NCBI GenBank assembly: GCA_965216875.1
Contig: OZ244207.1
Span: forward strand, 2,016,001-2,080,000
Source of the DNA: Rubripirellula sp.
GTDB lineage: Bacteria; Planctomycetota; Planctomycetia; Pirellulales; Pirellulaceae
Direction of reading: 5' to 3'
DNA: 64,000 nt
Below the pieces are notes generated by a model, which saw only the letters and a list, made by a program, of their open reading frames with translations, was not told the origin of the DNA and did not search any database. How positions within the stretch are numbered: position 1 is the stretch's first letter; each line of letters begins with the position of its first letter. Positions 44,767 to 54,148 of the stretch are shown here, one piece after another. The position numbers and the translations under genes are program-made.

Positions 44767-47391
44767 TTAACGGCGTTTTAGATCTTCTTCCCGAGTCGCT
44801 TGCCAGACTTTGTACGTGTCGGACTTTTCAAAGTCTTCAAATCCGAAGCGTTTGCGTTGGCTCGGAATCGGAACTTCATCGATGAGTTTGCCGAGGAGCG
44901 ACAGAGACCGGACGGCTTCGACATGATCGCCAGATGCAATTGCGATCGTGAACTTGTCATCAAACGATTCGACCAACCCGACGTCTTTGGGGTCGGCTCG
45001 CAGCGTGAGCGCGACAGCCTCGTCGATTTGACCGAGCTTCACCAGCATCACGCCAACACGGAGGTCAAGAAACCCGTCTCCGTGCGTCCACTGTTTCAAC
45101 GCCAGGTGATACTTGCTCAACAGCTCTGCGTTTTCGAGCGCGTGTCGCGATTGGATGCCGTGGATGCCGAAAAAGGCTGGTGCCCCATGATGGGCAAGGT
45201 GCCATCGCAACAATTGCATCCGCTTCGACTCGGTCAAGTTCAAGGTCAACGCCAAACGCAGCGGTGCGTGTGCGAGCTGAACGTGATCGGGCACGGAGTC
45301 ATAAGCTTTTGCAAATCGTTCTGGATCACTCAAGTAGGCGAGGATCAACTGTTCCTGCATCTTGAGTGAATCGACCGCAAAGGCGGTCCGCTCGGGCAAC
45401 GCGTCGTGTCCGACGGTACGTGCGTATTGAAGAATCGCTTGATGTGCGGCCTTCCACGCCACGCTCGAGGCGTCGGCTGCGGAGTAGATTTCGGTGGCAA
45501 CGACCTTCTCGCCCGATCGAGCAAGAGTGACTTGGTGATAGTTCAATTCATCGCCAAGCGATCGAAACACAAGCACAGGCCGTGTTGGATCGTCAGTTTT
45601 CATCGTCGCTAATCGATAGGCGACCGATTCGCCCGTTTCGACGCCCCGAATCGTTTCCTTCACGTCATGTTCGGTTTTGATGTGGCGAAAGACTTCCGCT
45701 GTCACCAAGCGATCGACGAGCTCGCGGCACCCCTGTTCCAATACAGACTCCCAGTCGACCATCGATTCGATCGCTGCGGAGTCTCCTTTTTCGATCGCGT
45801 CTTCCCAAGCGTTGCTCCATGCCTCGACCTCAGAGGGTTCAATCGGCAGTGCGTCCCGGTATTGGTTGCTTGGCAAAACGGCCAGACGCGACGTGATGGC
45901 TTCTTCCCAAGACTTGTGGGCTTCAGACGCCAGATAGTCCTCGGCACCCGCGACGGCGCTTAGATCGGCTTCGAGGTGATGCTCGTCCCCTAGCACGACG
46001 AGTTGGCGTGTCGCTTCGGCATAGTCGCCGATCGCGATCGCCAGTTGAATCTTTAGCAGCACTGCATCGACACCGGTTACAGTATCAAGATCGACACCTG
46101 CGATCATTTGCTTTGCCTGCTCGAAGGATTCTACTTCTGCGAGTTCGGCTGCAAGCACGAGGTTCAAGTAGGGATCGCCGCCAAGCCATTGTTGAAGTTC
46201 GTTTCCAGAATTCAGAATGAGTGTTTCATCGGCAAGCAGCACGCCCATGTCGAGCCCGCGTAGTGCCAGTGAGTGACGGGGAAAGTCGGTCGCGGCCAGC
46301 TTCTCGTAGGTTTCCAGCGATTCATCGGTTAGACCACGTGACTGGCAAATCTCAAGCCAGCGTGAGAGTCCGGCAGCGGTCTGCTTGGTCTCGTCGCTCA
46401 TTCGCGAAAACATCTCGGCGGCGCCCTCGACATCGCCGCGGCCAAGCAGTGACCAAACGGCGACCAGTTTGTCGGCGTCTTCCGCGTTCTCCAACATCTC
46501 AGGAGGAAGCTTTTCTCGCATTTCCGGATCGCGCGAAAGGAGCGCCGCAAAAACACGGCTATAGGCATCGCGCACCTTGACGCCGCGTTGCAACAAGAAC
46601 ATGGAGTCGAGTTTGACCTCGCCGTCTGCACGAACCAACTTGATCTCGTGATAGTCCAGACCACGCGCAAAGAGAGCTCGCATCACGATGTAGGTTTCAT
46701 CGCCGCGTTGTTGACTGCGCACAAATTCGTAATGTCCACCTGCGACTTCACGACTGAGCGCCGTGATCAGGCCGCGCGGTACCGCTTCGTAAATGACAGG
46801 CCGACCAATCAGATCGGCGATTGCCGCATCGTCTGAGAGCGTGGATGCAAATTCACGTCCAATTTCCTTCCAACGCCCCATCGCGATTGCGGCGTCCGTG
46901 TCGTTGTCGCTTACGGCTTTGGACCACCGAACTGCGAATGCTTCCGCTTCTTCGTCGGTGATTGGTGCGAGCGAATCGACTTCAGGTTTCGCGACTGTCG
47001 TTTCAGGAGGTGGCGGTGTTGATCCTGGAAGCCGCGGCATCTCGAACGCTGTGCCAGAAACGCTCGGTTGCACGTCGCTTGAAGTGTGTGAAGTAGATGC
47101 GGGCACCTGTTGCGGCTGAGCGACAAAGCTTGGCGTCCCGGTTGGCCGGCTGTTGCGATCACTTAGTCGGTTCGTCACAGCGCCCGTGCCTTGGACGCTG
47201 TCGTTTTGTAGTGTTGCCCGTTTGCCGGTCGGCGAGGGAGCAGGCAGTTCTTGTTGAGGAGACGGCGCTGACGGTTCAGCCAACTGCGGCGAAGGATCGC
47301 TTGTCAGCGCACTGTACGGCCGTTCCGAACGGCAGCCGATCGCACAGAGCAATGTGATCGCTACTAAGACTTTCAATCGATCCCCAAACAT
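44767..47391 (-). CDS. Hypothetical lipoprotein with a tandemly duplicated ~360-aa module
   Basis: Lipobox AIGC, P/S/T-rich linker, two alignable modules. Confidence 0.8.
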   Translation of the reverse strand: MFGDRLKVLVAITLLCAIGCRSERPYSALTSDPSPQLAEPSAPSPQQELPAPSPTGKRATLQNDSVQGTGAVTNRLSDRNSRPTGTPSFVAQPQQVPASTSHTSSDVQPSVSGTAFEMPRLPGSTPPPPETTVAKPEVDSLAPITDEEAEAFAVRWSKAVSDNDTDAAIAMGRWKEIGREFASTLSDDAAIADLIGRPVIYEAVPRGLITALSREVAGGHYEFVRSQQRGDETYIVMRALFARGLDYHEIKLVRADGEVKLDSMFLLQRGVKVRDAYSRVFAALLSRDPEMREKLPPEMLENAEDADKLVAVWSLLGRGDVEGAAEMFSRMSDETKQTAAGLSRWLEICQSRGLTDESLETYEKLAATDFPRHSLALRGLDMGVLLADETLILNSGNELQQWLGGDPYLNLVLAAELAEVESFEQAKQMIAGVDLDTVTGVDAVLLKIQLAIAIGDYAEATRQLVVLGDEHHLEADLSAVAGAEDYLASEAHKSWEEAITSRLAVLPSNQYRDALPIEPSEVEAWSNAWEDAIEKGDSAAIESMVDWESVLEQGCRELVDRLVTAEVFRHIKTEHDVKETIRGVETGESVAYRLATMKTDDPTRPVLVFRSLGDELNYHQVTLARSGEKVVATEIYSAADASSVAWKAAHQAILQYARTVGHDALPERTAFAVDSLKMQEQLILAYLSDPERFAKAYDSVPDHVQLAHAPLRLALTLNLTESKRMQLLRWHLAHHGAPAFFGIHGIQSRHALENAELLSKYHLALKQWTHGDGFLDLRVGVMLVKLGQIDEAVALTLRADPKDVGLVESFDDKFTIAIASGDHVEAVRSLSLLGKLIDEVPIPSQRKRFGFEDFEKSDTYKVWQATREEDLKRR

Positions 47392-47619
47392 CCCTAGCCT
47401 TCCAAACGCCTAACCACGTGAGCCAATACAGAGGAATTTTGCTCTGGAATACCCGTTTTGTTCGGTTGAATGCGAGGCCAATTGCGGAGTCGCGCCGATG
47501 GTGGGAACCCGTTGAAGGGCGTTTCCGGCCGGGTTTGGGCCCCTTTTGGGAGAAATCGCGAAGACCTACGATTTGAGCAATCGGCGCAAGTTCCCCATCT
47601 CACCACAGCGAGCATTCCC

Positions 47620-48717
47620 TTGTCTCTGACTGACCGCCTTCATCGTTTTGCATCACGATTGATCGACCAAGAGCGGGCCAAGGTCGTTGTGCCACCGAAT
47701 GATCATTCGACCGGTTTCTGGTTTGGCGGTGGCAACATGATCGAGGATTCGTCGGGCGTTTTCTGGCTGGTCGGTCGCTACCGAAACCACGGCGACTCTC
47801 GGACCGGTTTGGGAATGGGCGAACGAGGGCTTGAGTTGGCGATCCTCCGCAGCGAGGACCGAGGGACAAGCTTTGAGAAGGTCGTCAGCTTTCCCAAAAG
47901 CGAGCTCGGTGTGGGTGACCGCGACGTCCTTTCGATCGAAGGCTGCGCACTTCGTCACTCTAGCCGAGGCATTGAGCTCTACGTTTCGACCGAAAAATCA
48001 GGCATCGGTTATCCCGAAGGGCTTGAATCCTACCTGAAGCCTGGAACGGGCATCTGGACCATCGAGCGGATCGAAGCTGCCAGTCCAGCCGAACTCGCCA
48101 CGACGAACATCAAAACGATCCTGGAAGCACACGATCCGCAATATGTGCATGTGAAGGACCCCTTCGTTGCAAACCTCGCCGGGCAAGATTATCTGTTGTT
48201 CTGTTCGCATCCGTTTAGCTGGAGCAGTTCGAATACCGCGTATGTGCCAATTGACGACAATGGACCACAGCAAGAGCCTTGCTTCGACTTTTTTCCACGC
48301 GGGTTTACCTGGGATGTAGCGATCACTCGGGGGACCGCGATCGTCTCATTGCCGGCCAGCTTGGTTCAATCCGACGACGGACAGCCCGTTCACTTGATGT
48401 TTTATGACGGCGGGGAGTCGCTGCGCAATCTCGACGAACACAAGTCGGCGGTCTCGAGACCGCGCGGATATTCTTGCGAAGAACTCGGCGGACTCGCGAT
48501 GATCACCGGCAACGACATCAACAGCATTCAACGGATTTCAACGAACCTGCCGAGTTTCATCTCGCCCTACGGGACGGGCTGCAGCCGATACGTTGATGTG
48601 CTCGTTAGTGAGGACGGGTTCTATGCGACATGGCAGCAATCGCAAGATGACCTGTCGCAGCCATTGGTCATGAACCATCTTTCAATGGAAGAGGCGCGCG
48701 ACCTTCTTGCCTCGTGA
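47620..48717 (+). CDS. Conserved hypothetical protein, probable beta-propeller glycoside-hydrolase-like (start uncertain)
   Basis: RSED.G.SF, SIEG, HVKDP, FYDG, RYVD motifs; beta-rich. Confidence 0.6.
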   Translation: MSLTDRLHRFASRLIDQERAKVVVPPNDHSTGFWFGGGNMIEDSSGVFWLVGRYRNHGDSRTGLGMGERGLELAILRSEDRGTSFEKVVSFPKSELGVGDRDVLSIEGCALRHSSRGIELYVSTEKSGIGYPEGLESYLKPGTGIWTIERIEAASPAELATTNIKTILEAHDPQYVHVKDPFVANLAGQDYLLFCSHPFSWSSSNTAYVPIDDNGPQQEPCFDFFPRGFTWDVAITRGTAIVSLPASLVQSDDGQPVHLMFYDGGESLRNLDEHKSAVSRPRGYSCEELGGLAMITGNDINSIQRISTNLPSFISPYGTGCSRYVDVLVSEDGFYATWQQSQDDLSQPLVMNHLSMEEARDLLAS

Positions 48718-48744
48718 CGGCCGTTGCGATAGTCAACCACCGGC

Positions 48745-49071
48745 CGTAGCTACCTTCGCCAGAAGGTGGTTTGTGCTGAGTAACCGTTGTCCATCACCCC
48801 ACACTCTGGCGAGTGCATCTACGTTGTTCGCGCCGTTTGTAGTAGAGCCTTTAGGCGGTCGTGGGCAGTTGCCTCGTTACCACGCTCTGCGTGGTAACGG
48901 ACACACGGGACGCTCCGCGTCCCCGATCTTCTTGGCGAGAAGATTCCGGCTAAAGCTCGGTACTACGAACGGTGGCAACTCTGGATCAACGACGTAGCTA
49001 CCTTCGCCAGAAGGTGGTTTGTGCTGAGTAACCGTTGTCCATCACCCCACGCTCTGGCGAGCGTAGCTACG
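48745..49071. repeat. Nested REP mosaic: two direct 79-bp family B doublets flanking a GTAGTA-type doublet that contains further hairpins
   Basis: 48745-48823 nearly identical to 48993-49071; 48839-48858 inverted with 48946-48966; hairpins at 48875-48899 and 48907-48923. Confidence 0.9.
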
Positions 49072-49774
49072 GCGTAAGCTGTTCTTCTAGACGCACCAAC
49101 AAGGACTCGTGCGCTACTTGTGAGAGTGGTGCTTGTGCGAGTTGAAACAGATCTGGCTTTCGCCACTTGACCAGGTTTCTGCGAAACGCGGCCAGTGTGT
49201 CGTCGTGGATCGAATTTGCGGCCAGCATCGCCAAATCGTTGTGCATGGACTCCGGGAGGAAAACAGCCGACGAGAAAAGCAACGCACGGAAATCGTCAGC
49301 GCGTCGGTCGTCCAGACGCATCGCTTCGAGATGAGCTGTGTCAAAGTCGAACCAGCAGGCCTCGTTGGTCGCCATGTCAATCGCGACGTTAATGGCGGTG
49401 GCGTCACCATGGCTCGACGGTTCCCGCGATCCACCATGGTGAAGCATGCTCAACGCGTCGATAGCGAGTCGGATCGCTTTGAGTCTATGTGCACTGTCGT
49501 TGGTTCGTTCGAGAAACTTCGCGAGAAGCACTGCGTTGGGAAAACTGGGCGAAACGACGTCACCCTCTTCCACAGTCGCTTGTCCCATCCGCTGCTCTCG
49601 GGTTTGCCATTGCTGCGCCGTGAGAATGCGAACCTTGCATCCCGCTACTGCGAGAAAGAGATTGGCGCAGAAGACACCGACGGGCGCGAGTCGTGTTCGC
49701 CTCTTGCGATAAACAACGCCGCCATTCGCTTCCTCCTTTATCACGCGGTTCAATCGCACACGTGCCAGTCGCAT
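49067..49774 (-). CDS. Protein-kinase-like (Kdo/RIO/APH-like) small protein
   Basis: LH...SHGDATAINV (HGD-x4-N), WFDFD (DFG-like), RADDFRAL. Confidence 0.65.
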   Translation of the reverse strand: MRLARVRLNRVIKEEANGGVVYRKRRTRLAPVGVFCANLFLAVAGCKVRILTAQQWQTREQRMGQATVEEGDVVSPSFPNAVLLAKFLERTNDSAHRLKAIRLAIDALSMLHHGGSREPSSHGDATAINVAIDMATNEACWFDFDTAHLEAMRLDDRRADDFRALLFSSAVFLPESMHNDLAMLAANSIHDDTLAAFRRNLVKWRKPDLFQLAQAPLSQVAHESLLVRLEEQLTP

Positions 49775-49839
49775 TGCGAGAGCGCGTTTGAATCCGAACG
49801 GTATTGAAATCGAAAACGTCACCGACCGCCCCTTTCGGC

Positions 49840-50595
49840 TCAGCGGATTGTGTCGGTGTAGTGGATTCGCCCGCTTTGGTGCACGATTGCCCAAACGTAC
49901 TTCAAGAAGGTTTGGGTGTAGCCGAAGGGCAAGCGGTCCATACGACGGCTTGAGGATCGCGCGACGATGCTGCGGTCGTAGATCACTGAACGAGGCGATT
50001 CACGGTAGAGTCCCGCGAGGATGGGCCATTCTTCGCCGATTGCTACCTGTTCGTCGAACGGTCCGTGACGGTCAAACGTTTCGGCAGTGCAGAACATTAA
50101 CGCGGGCATTGCTTTGGCTCGAGCGAGCGGCAGCAGTCGAACCAGATTCCAGAACCGCCACCAGAGTGCGGAGCGAACTCCACCATCAAGTGATCCGAGG
50201 CTTGTGATCCCGGCGACCATCTGGCGTCCTTGGCAGTGGTTTGCGATTTGCGTGATGGAATCTTCCGGGATGGTTGTGTCGGCGTCAACGAAGATCAAGA
50301 CGCGTCCGCTGGCCTGGTGGCGTCCCCGATTCCGGGCACGCGCCGCACCCAGTTCGTCGCGCGAGACCGTAATCACCTCCGACATTGCGTTGTATCGTTC
50401 GAGGATATCGCTTGTTCCATCAGTGCTTGCGTTGTCGACTAGCACAAGCTCCCAGGAACGGTTCGGGGACAACGATTCCTCGGGTGTGAATCCGTTCGAT
50501 TGACGGAAATGCCTGCCCGCCGCAATCACGGAATCAACCGTCTGGCCAATCAGACGTTTTTCGTTCCGAACAGGAATGATGATCGAAACTTCCAT
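49840..50595 (-). CDS. Glycosyltransferase family 2
   Basis: VSIIIPVRNE, VDNASTDGT, ARNRG, FVDAD, FDE. Confidence 0.93.
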   Translation of the reverse strand: MEVSIIIPVRNEKRLIGQTVDSVIAAGRHFRQSNGFTPEESLSPNRSWELVLVDNASTDGTSDILERYNAMSEVITVSRDELGAARARNRGRHQASGRVLIFVDADTTIPEDSITQIANHCQGRQMVAGITSLGSLDGGVRSALWWRFWNLVRLLPLARAKAMPALMFCTAETFDRHGPFDEQVAIGEEWPILAGLYRESPRSVIYDRSIVARSSSRRMDRLPFGYTQTFLKYVWAIVHQSGRIHYTDTIR

Positions 50596-51219
50596 CTAAT
50601 TTCCCGTTTCATCGGCTTCGAGCACGTAAAGGTCGCGGCTGATATGCCGGCACAGGAGCGAAGGTTCTGCTCGCGTTTCGACAACGTTCAGCCTAGCCGA
50701 ACGAAACAATTCAAGGAGGTCTTTGCGTGTGAAGTAAGTGGCCGGGTGGAGCGTGCACTCTTGAGCCGAGATGAGTCCGGCAAGTTTGGCGGCATAGTAC
50801 CCGAAGCTGCCACAGAAGAACTCTTGGACTTTCAATAGCTGCCGCGCGATCGAGCCATTGTAGGTCGACTGAAGCACGATGATCTGGCCACTGCACAACC
50901 GTCTGGCCTCGACGAGCAACGATTCGGCATCGTTCAGATAGTGAAGCACGTATAGCAAAAGGACCGCTGACTGCGTGTTCGAGTCTCGGCCGATTGCAAC
51001 ATCATCGATAAGAGTGGGCCCCGGACCAACCCAGTGTAAATCAGCCACGTCGAATTCAGCCACATTGCACGCCGTCTGTTGGCGAATCAAGTCCGCATTG
51101 TGACCAGTGCCCGAGCCGATATCGCTAATCTCTCCCGAGACGGGCAGAAACTCGTCGATCCGACGGAGGACTCGCCGAGCGCGTCGCGACATAACGAGGT
51201 TTGCAAGGCGGATAAGCAC
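50596..51219 (-). CDS. Class I SAM-dependent methyltransferase
   Basis: DIGSGTG motif I, FD, LYVLHY, L.EARR. Confidence 0.88.
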   Translation of the reverse strand: MLIRLANLVMSRRARRVLRRIDEFLPVSGEISDIGSGTGHNADLIRQQTACNVAEFDVADLHWVGPGPTLIDDVAIGRDSNTQSAVLLLYVLHYLNDAESLLVEARRLCSGQIIVLQSTYNGSIARQLLKVQEFFCGSFGYYAAKLAGLISAQECTLHPATYFTRKDLLELFRSARLNVVETRAEPSLLCRHISRDLYVLEADETGN

Positions 51220-51234
51220 AGTGGAAATGCAGTT

Positions 51235-51939
51235 CTACGTGGGTGGTTTTGCAAGGTCACAAGGAAGCGTTGCCGTGTAGCCTGATTCGAGTAATCGTTG
51301 CAGAAGTCTCGAGATGGCTGGCAAGTAGCCGCGTTTTACATCAAGGGGATGGATTGCAGTCGAGGGAACGCGGTTTCGGTTGGACCATTGTGCGACTTCG
51401 CCAAGCCAAGCACCAGGTCGGGACGCCCAAGAGACCCATCCCCAGTCGAAGGAACGTGTGGCGAGTCTCTCGAGCAATGCTCCAGTATGGCAGCACTCGA
51501 TGCGACCGAAGCGAATCAAATAGTCGAATCCGTCAAGTGTCGTCGGGTCAACATTGAGTTGCCAGGCTGGTGGCAACAGTCCTGCAGACCGAACGCCTAC
51601 GATTGATTCGAAGCACTCTTGGGCTTGGTCAAGTGTTGGTTGGAGTTCTTTGAGGTTCATCCCGCCGAGTTCATCTGATCGGCGGGTCAGCAAGGAAACG
51701 AGTCGCGGGCGATGCTCGCGAAAGTGCGTGAGGCCATGAAGCAGCGACTCACCAGACTCGGTGATCAGACGATCGATGGTTCCATTCTTCTTCCAAGGCT
51801 CGCCATGCCACTTGGGAACGATCGCGCAGGCAAATCGATCGTCGAGTATCGGTTGGATCGCCTTATGGATTTGCGCAAGCTCGTCGGTGAAACGTGGTGT
51901 GACGTCATGAATGATGACCGTGAAAGGGCGGCTTACCAT
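51235..51939 (-). CDS. DUF2334 / polysaccharide deacetylase (NodB-like) protein
   Basis: IHDVTP, AIVP.W, LHGLTH, DE, PPAW, AIHP.D. Confidence 0.82.
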   Translation of the reverse strand: MVSRPFTVIIHDVTPRFTDELAQIHKAIQPILDDRFACAIVPKWHGEPWKKNGTIDRLITESGESLLHGLTHFREHRPRLVSLLTRRSDELGGMNLKELQPTLDQAQECFESIVGVRSAGLLPPAWQLNVDPTTLDGFDYLIRFGRIECCHTGALLERLATRSFDWGWVSWASRPGAWLGEVAQWSNRNRVPSTAIHPLDVKRGYLPAISRLLQRLLESGYTATLPCDLAKPPT

Positions 51940-51959
51940 CGAATGCACCTTATCGACGG

Positions 51960-52319
51960 CTACCAAGGAACGGGCGCAGGTTCGTCCAGTAGCGAGAGTT
52001 TCTCGAGACACAGGTCGTGGACCCAGGCCGCCGAACCCAGCGAGACGGGTTTGTTGATTGGCGGAAGTGAGGGGAAATGCAAAGTGAGTTTCGCCGCTGT
52101 CCGTTTGTCAGGCCGTGTGAGTTTCGCACAGAGCGGGCACTTCTGAGATGCGAACGAGACGCGGTCGATGTATTCGACTGGGATTTCGGAAAGGGTGACG
52201 CGGTGGATGTCAGCAGACACCATGTCTTCGTCAAAGACGAGCGTCAAGAAGTTGTGACGCCAACGCTCGACCAAGTAATTTGGCATTGATGACCAGCGAA
52301 GCTCCCAATCATCGTTCAT
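51960..52319 (-). CDS. Hypothetical protein
   Basis: 119 aa; ATG overlaps the CYTH TGA (ATGA); CxxC and HxxC motifs. Confidence 0.55.
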   Translation of the reverse strand: MNDDWELRWSSMPNYLVERWRHNFLTLVFDEDMVSADIHRVTLSEIPVEYIDRVSFASQKCPLCAKLTRPDKRTAAKLTLHFPSLPPINKPVSLGSAAWVHDLCLEKLSLLDEPAPVPW

Positions 52320-52789
52320 CGCCGACTTTCATCCCATTCCGAATACGGCATCAGTGAAAGCTGAGAGTTGTAGTACTTGCGTTGGTCGGTCACTTCTTCG
52401 CCGACCCAGTCAGGTTTTTCGAACGTTTGGTCTTCGCTCTCGAGTTCGATCTCGGCGACGACGAGCCCTTCGTTCACGCCGTGGAACTCATCAATCTCCC
52501 AAGTCATGCCGGCGTGTTCGATGATACGACGCGTCTTTTCAATGAGAGGTTGTTCACAAAGCCCCAGTATTTCCTTTGCGTCTTCGATCGGGACTGGGTA
52601 CTCAAACTCAGCTCGCGACGCGCCTTCTGAGATTCCCTTGACGGTGATGAAGGCCGAGTCACCGCCGATGCGAACGCGAACGGTCCGATGAGGATCTCGG
52701 TTGAGGTAGCCCTGTGAATAGGACTTGGCCTCGGCTTCTTGCCAACCTTCGCCCGAGACCAAGAATTTTCGTTCAATTTCGGTCGCCAT
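52316..52789 (-). CDS. CYTH domain protein (inorganic triphosphatase-like)
   Basis: EIERKFLV, QGY, VRVR, TVKG, EFEY, EKTR, WEIDEF, AEIEL, W.GEEVT. Confidence 0.95.
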   Translation of the reverse strand: MATEIERKFLVSGEGWQEAEAKSYSQGYLNRDPHRTVRVRIGGDSAFITVKGISEGASRAEFEYPVPIEDAKEILGLCEQPLIEKTRRIIEHAGMTWEIDEFHGVNEGLVVAEIELESEDQTFEKPDWVGEEVTDQRKYYNSQLSLMPYSEWDESRR

Positions 52790-52952
52790 CGAGGATTCCT
52801 TCATCGGTGGTACTCGCGTCATTCGACCGTCCAATCGGCTCAAAATGACCACGACTTACGTTTCTGCGGGAATTCCATAGAATAGCAAATCTTTCTTGTC
52901 AGACCTGGCCCGTCGTGGTCACCTCAACATCGTTTTTCTCCCCCGTGAGTTC

Positions 52953-54038
52953 ATGACCCAATCATTCAATATTGTTGTTCTTGGCGGAGACGGCATTGGC
53001 CCCGAAGTTTGTGATCAAGCTGTTCGATTGCTTCAAGAGATTGAGCCGCACCTATCGGGAGTTTCGTTCGCATTCGATCAACACAATGTGGGTGCAGGCG
53101 AGTATCTAAAGAACGGCGACGCGCTTCCAGAAGCCGCGTTTCAGGCGTCGAAAAACAGCGACGCTGTTTTGCTTGGCGCGATGGGCATTCCCGATGTGCG
53201 CTATCCGAACGGCAAGGAGATTGCACCACAGCTTGACCTTCGCGAGCGACTCGAACTCTACGGCGGTATCCGACCGATTCGTCTATACAACGAAGTCGAT
53301 ACTCCCTTGAAAGGCTACGGCAAGGACGACATCGACTTTGTCTTAGTCCGCGAAAGCACCGAAGGATTGTTCTATGGGCGCGACGCAGTTGCCGATGTGA
53401 CGGCAGATGTCGCTGAGAACGCACTTCGTGTGACCCGTGAAGGTTGCCAGCGTGTGTGTCGATTGGCCTTTGAAACGGCTCGCCAACGCAACAAAGAAAA
53501 GCGGGTCACCTTGATTGATAAGGCAAACGTGCTATCGACCATGGTCTACTTCCGCCATGTCTTCGACGAAGTTGCCAAAGACTATCCAGACATCACAGCG
53601 GATCATTGCTACGTCGACGCTTCGGCACTTTTCATGGTTCGCAAGCCGAATACGTTCGACGTGATGGTGACCGAAAACATGTTCGGCGACATTCTCAGCG
53701 ATCTCGCTGCAGGACTCGTTGGCGGAATGGGCATGGCTCCTTCAGCCGATATTGGGGCCGACGCTGCTGTTTTCCAGCCTTCACATGGCTCGGCCCCCGA
53801 TATCGCTGGCAAGGGCATCGCGAACCCAATCGCGATGATCTTATCGGCCGCGATGATGCTCGAGTGGTTCGACAACGACGAAACCAAGCGAGGTGCGAAA
53901 GCACTTTACGAGGCGGTTGCCAACGTACTGGCCGATTCGAACGCTCGCACGCCCGACATGGGCGGGCAAATGTCGACAACGGATATGACCGACGCGATTT
54001 CAGCCGAGCTGGCACGCACGAGCCAACCGGTTGGTTGA
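52953..54038 (+). CDS. Isocitrate/isopropylmalate (beta-decarboxylating) dehydrogenase family protein
   Basis: GDGIGPEV, LLGA.G, RESTEG, DKANV, NMFGDILSD, HGSAPDIAGKGIANP. Confidence 0.93.
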   Translation: MTQSFNIVVLGGDGIGPEVCDQAVRLLQEIEPHLSGVSFAFDQHNVGAGEYLKNGDALPEAAFQASKNSDAVLLGAMGIPDVRYPNGKEIAPQLDLRERLELYGGIRPIRLYNEVDTPLKGYGKDDIDFVLVRESTEGLFYGRDAVADVTADVAENALRVTREGCQRVCRLAFETARQRNKEKRVTLIDKANVLSTMVYFRHVFDEVAKDYPDITADHCYVDASALFMVRKPNTFDVMVTENMFGDILSDLAAGLVGGMGMAPSADIGADAAVFQPSHGSAPDIAGKGIANPIAMILSAAMMLEWFDNDETKRGAKALYEAVANVLADSNARTPDMGGQMSTTDMTDAISAELARTSQPVG

Positions 54039-54148
54039 TGCCGATCGGTCTGTGCACAGCGTTGGTCGATTTCTTGGGCCAACTACAATAGGGCAAACCG
54101 GTGACCAAGCAGGCCATCGGAATACCTGAATCTCAGGATGCGTCCTTC

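Noticed and set aside
48745..49071. Possible CRISPR array
   Set aside because: Only two long (79-bp) units with a ~170-bp palindromic spacer, a dispersed copy at 25769 and no cas genes; this fits REP doublets.
52953..54038. Assigning leuB
   Set aside because: The family is clear, but substrate specificity (isopropylmalate, tartrate or other) cannot be set by eye, and no leu genes are adjacent.
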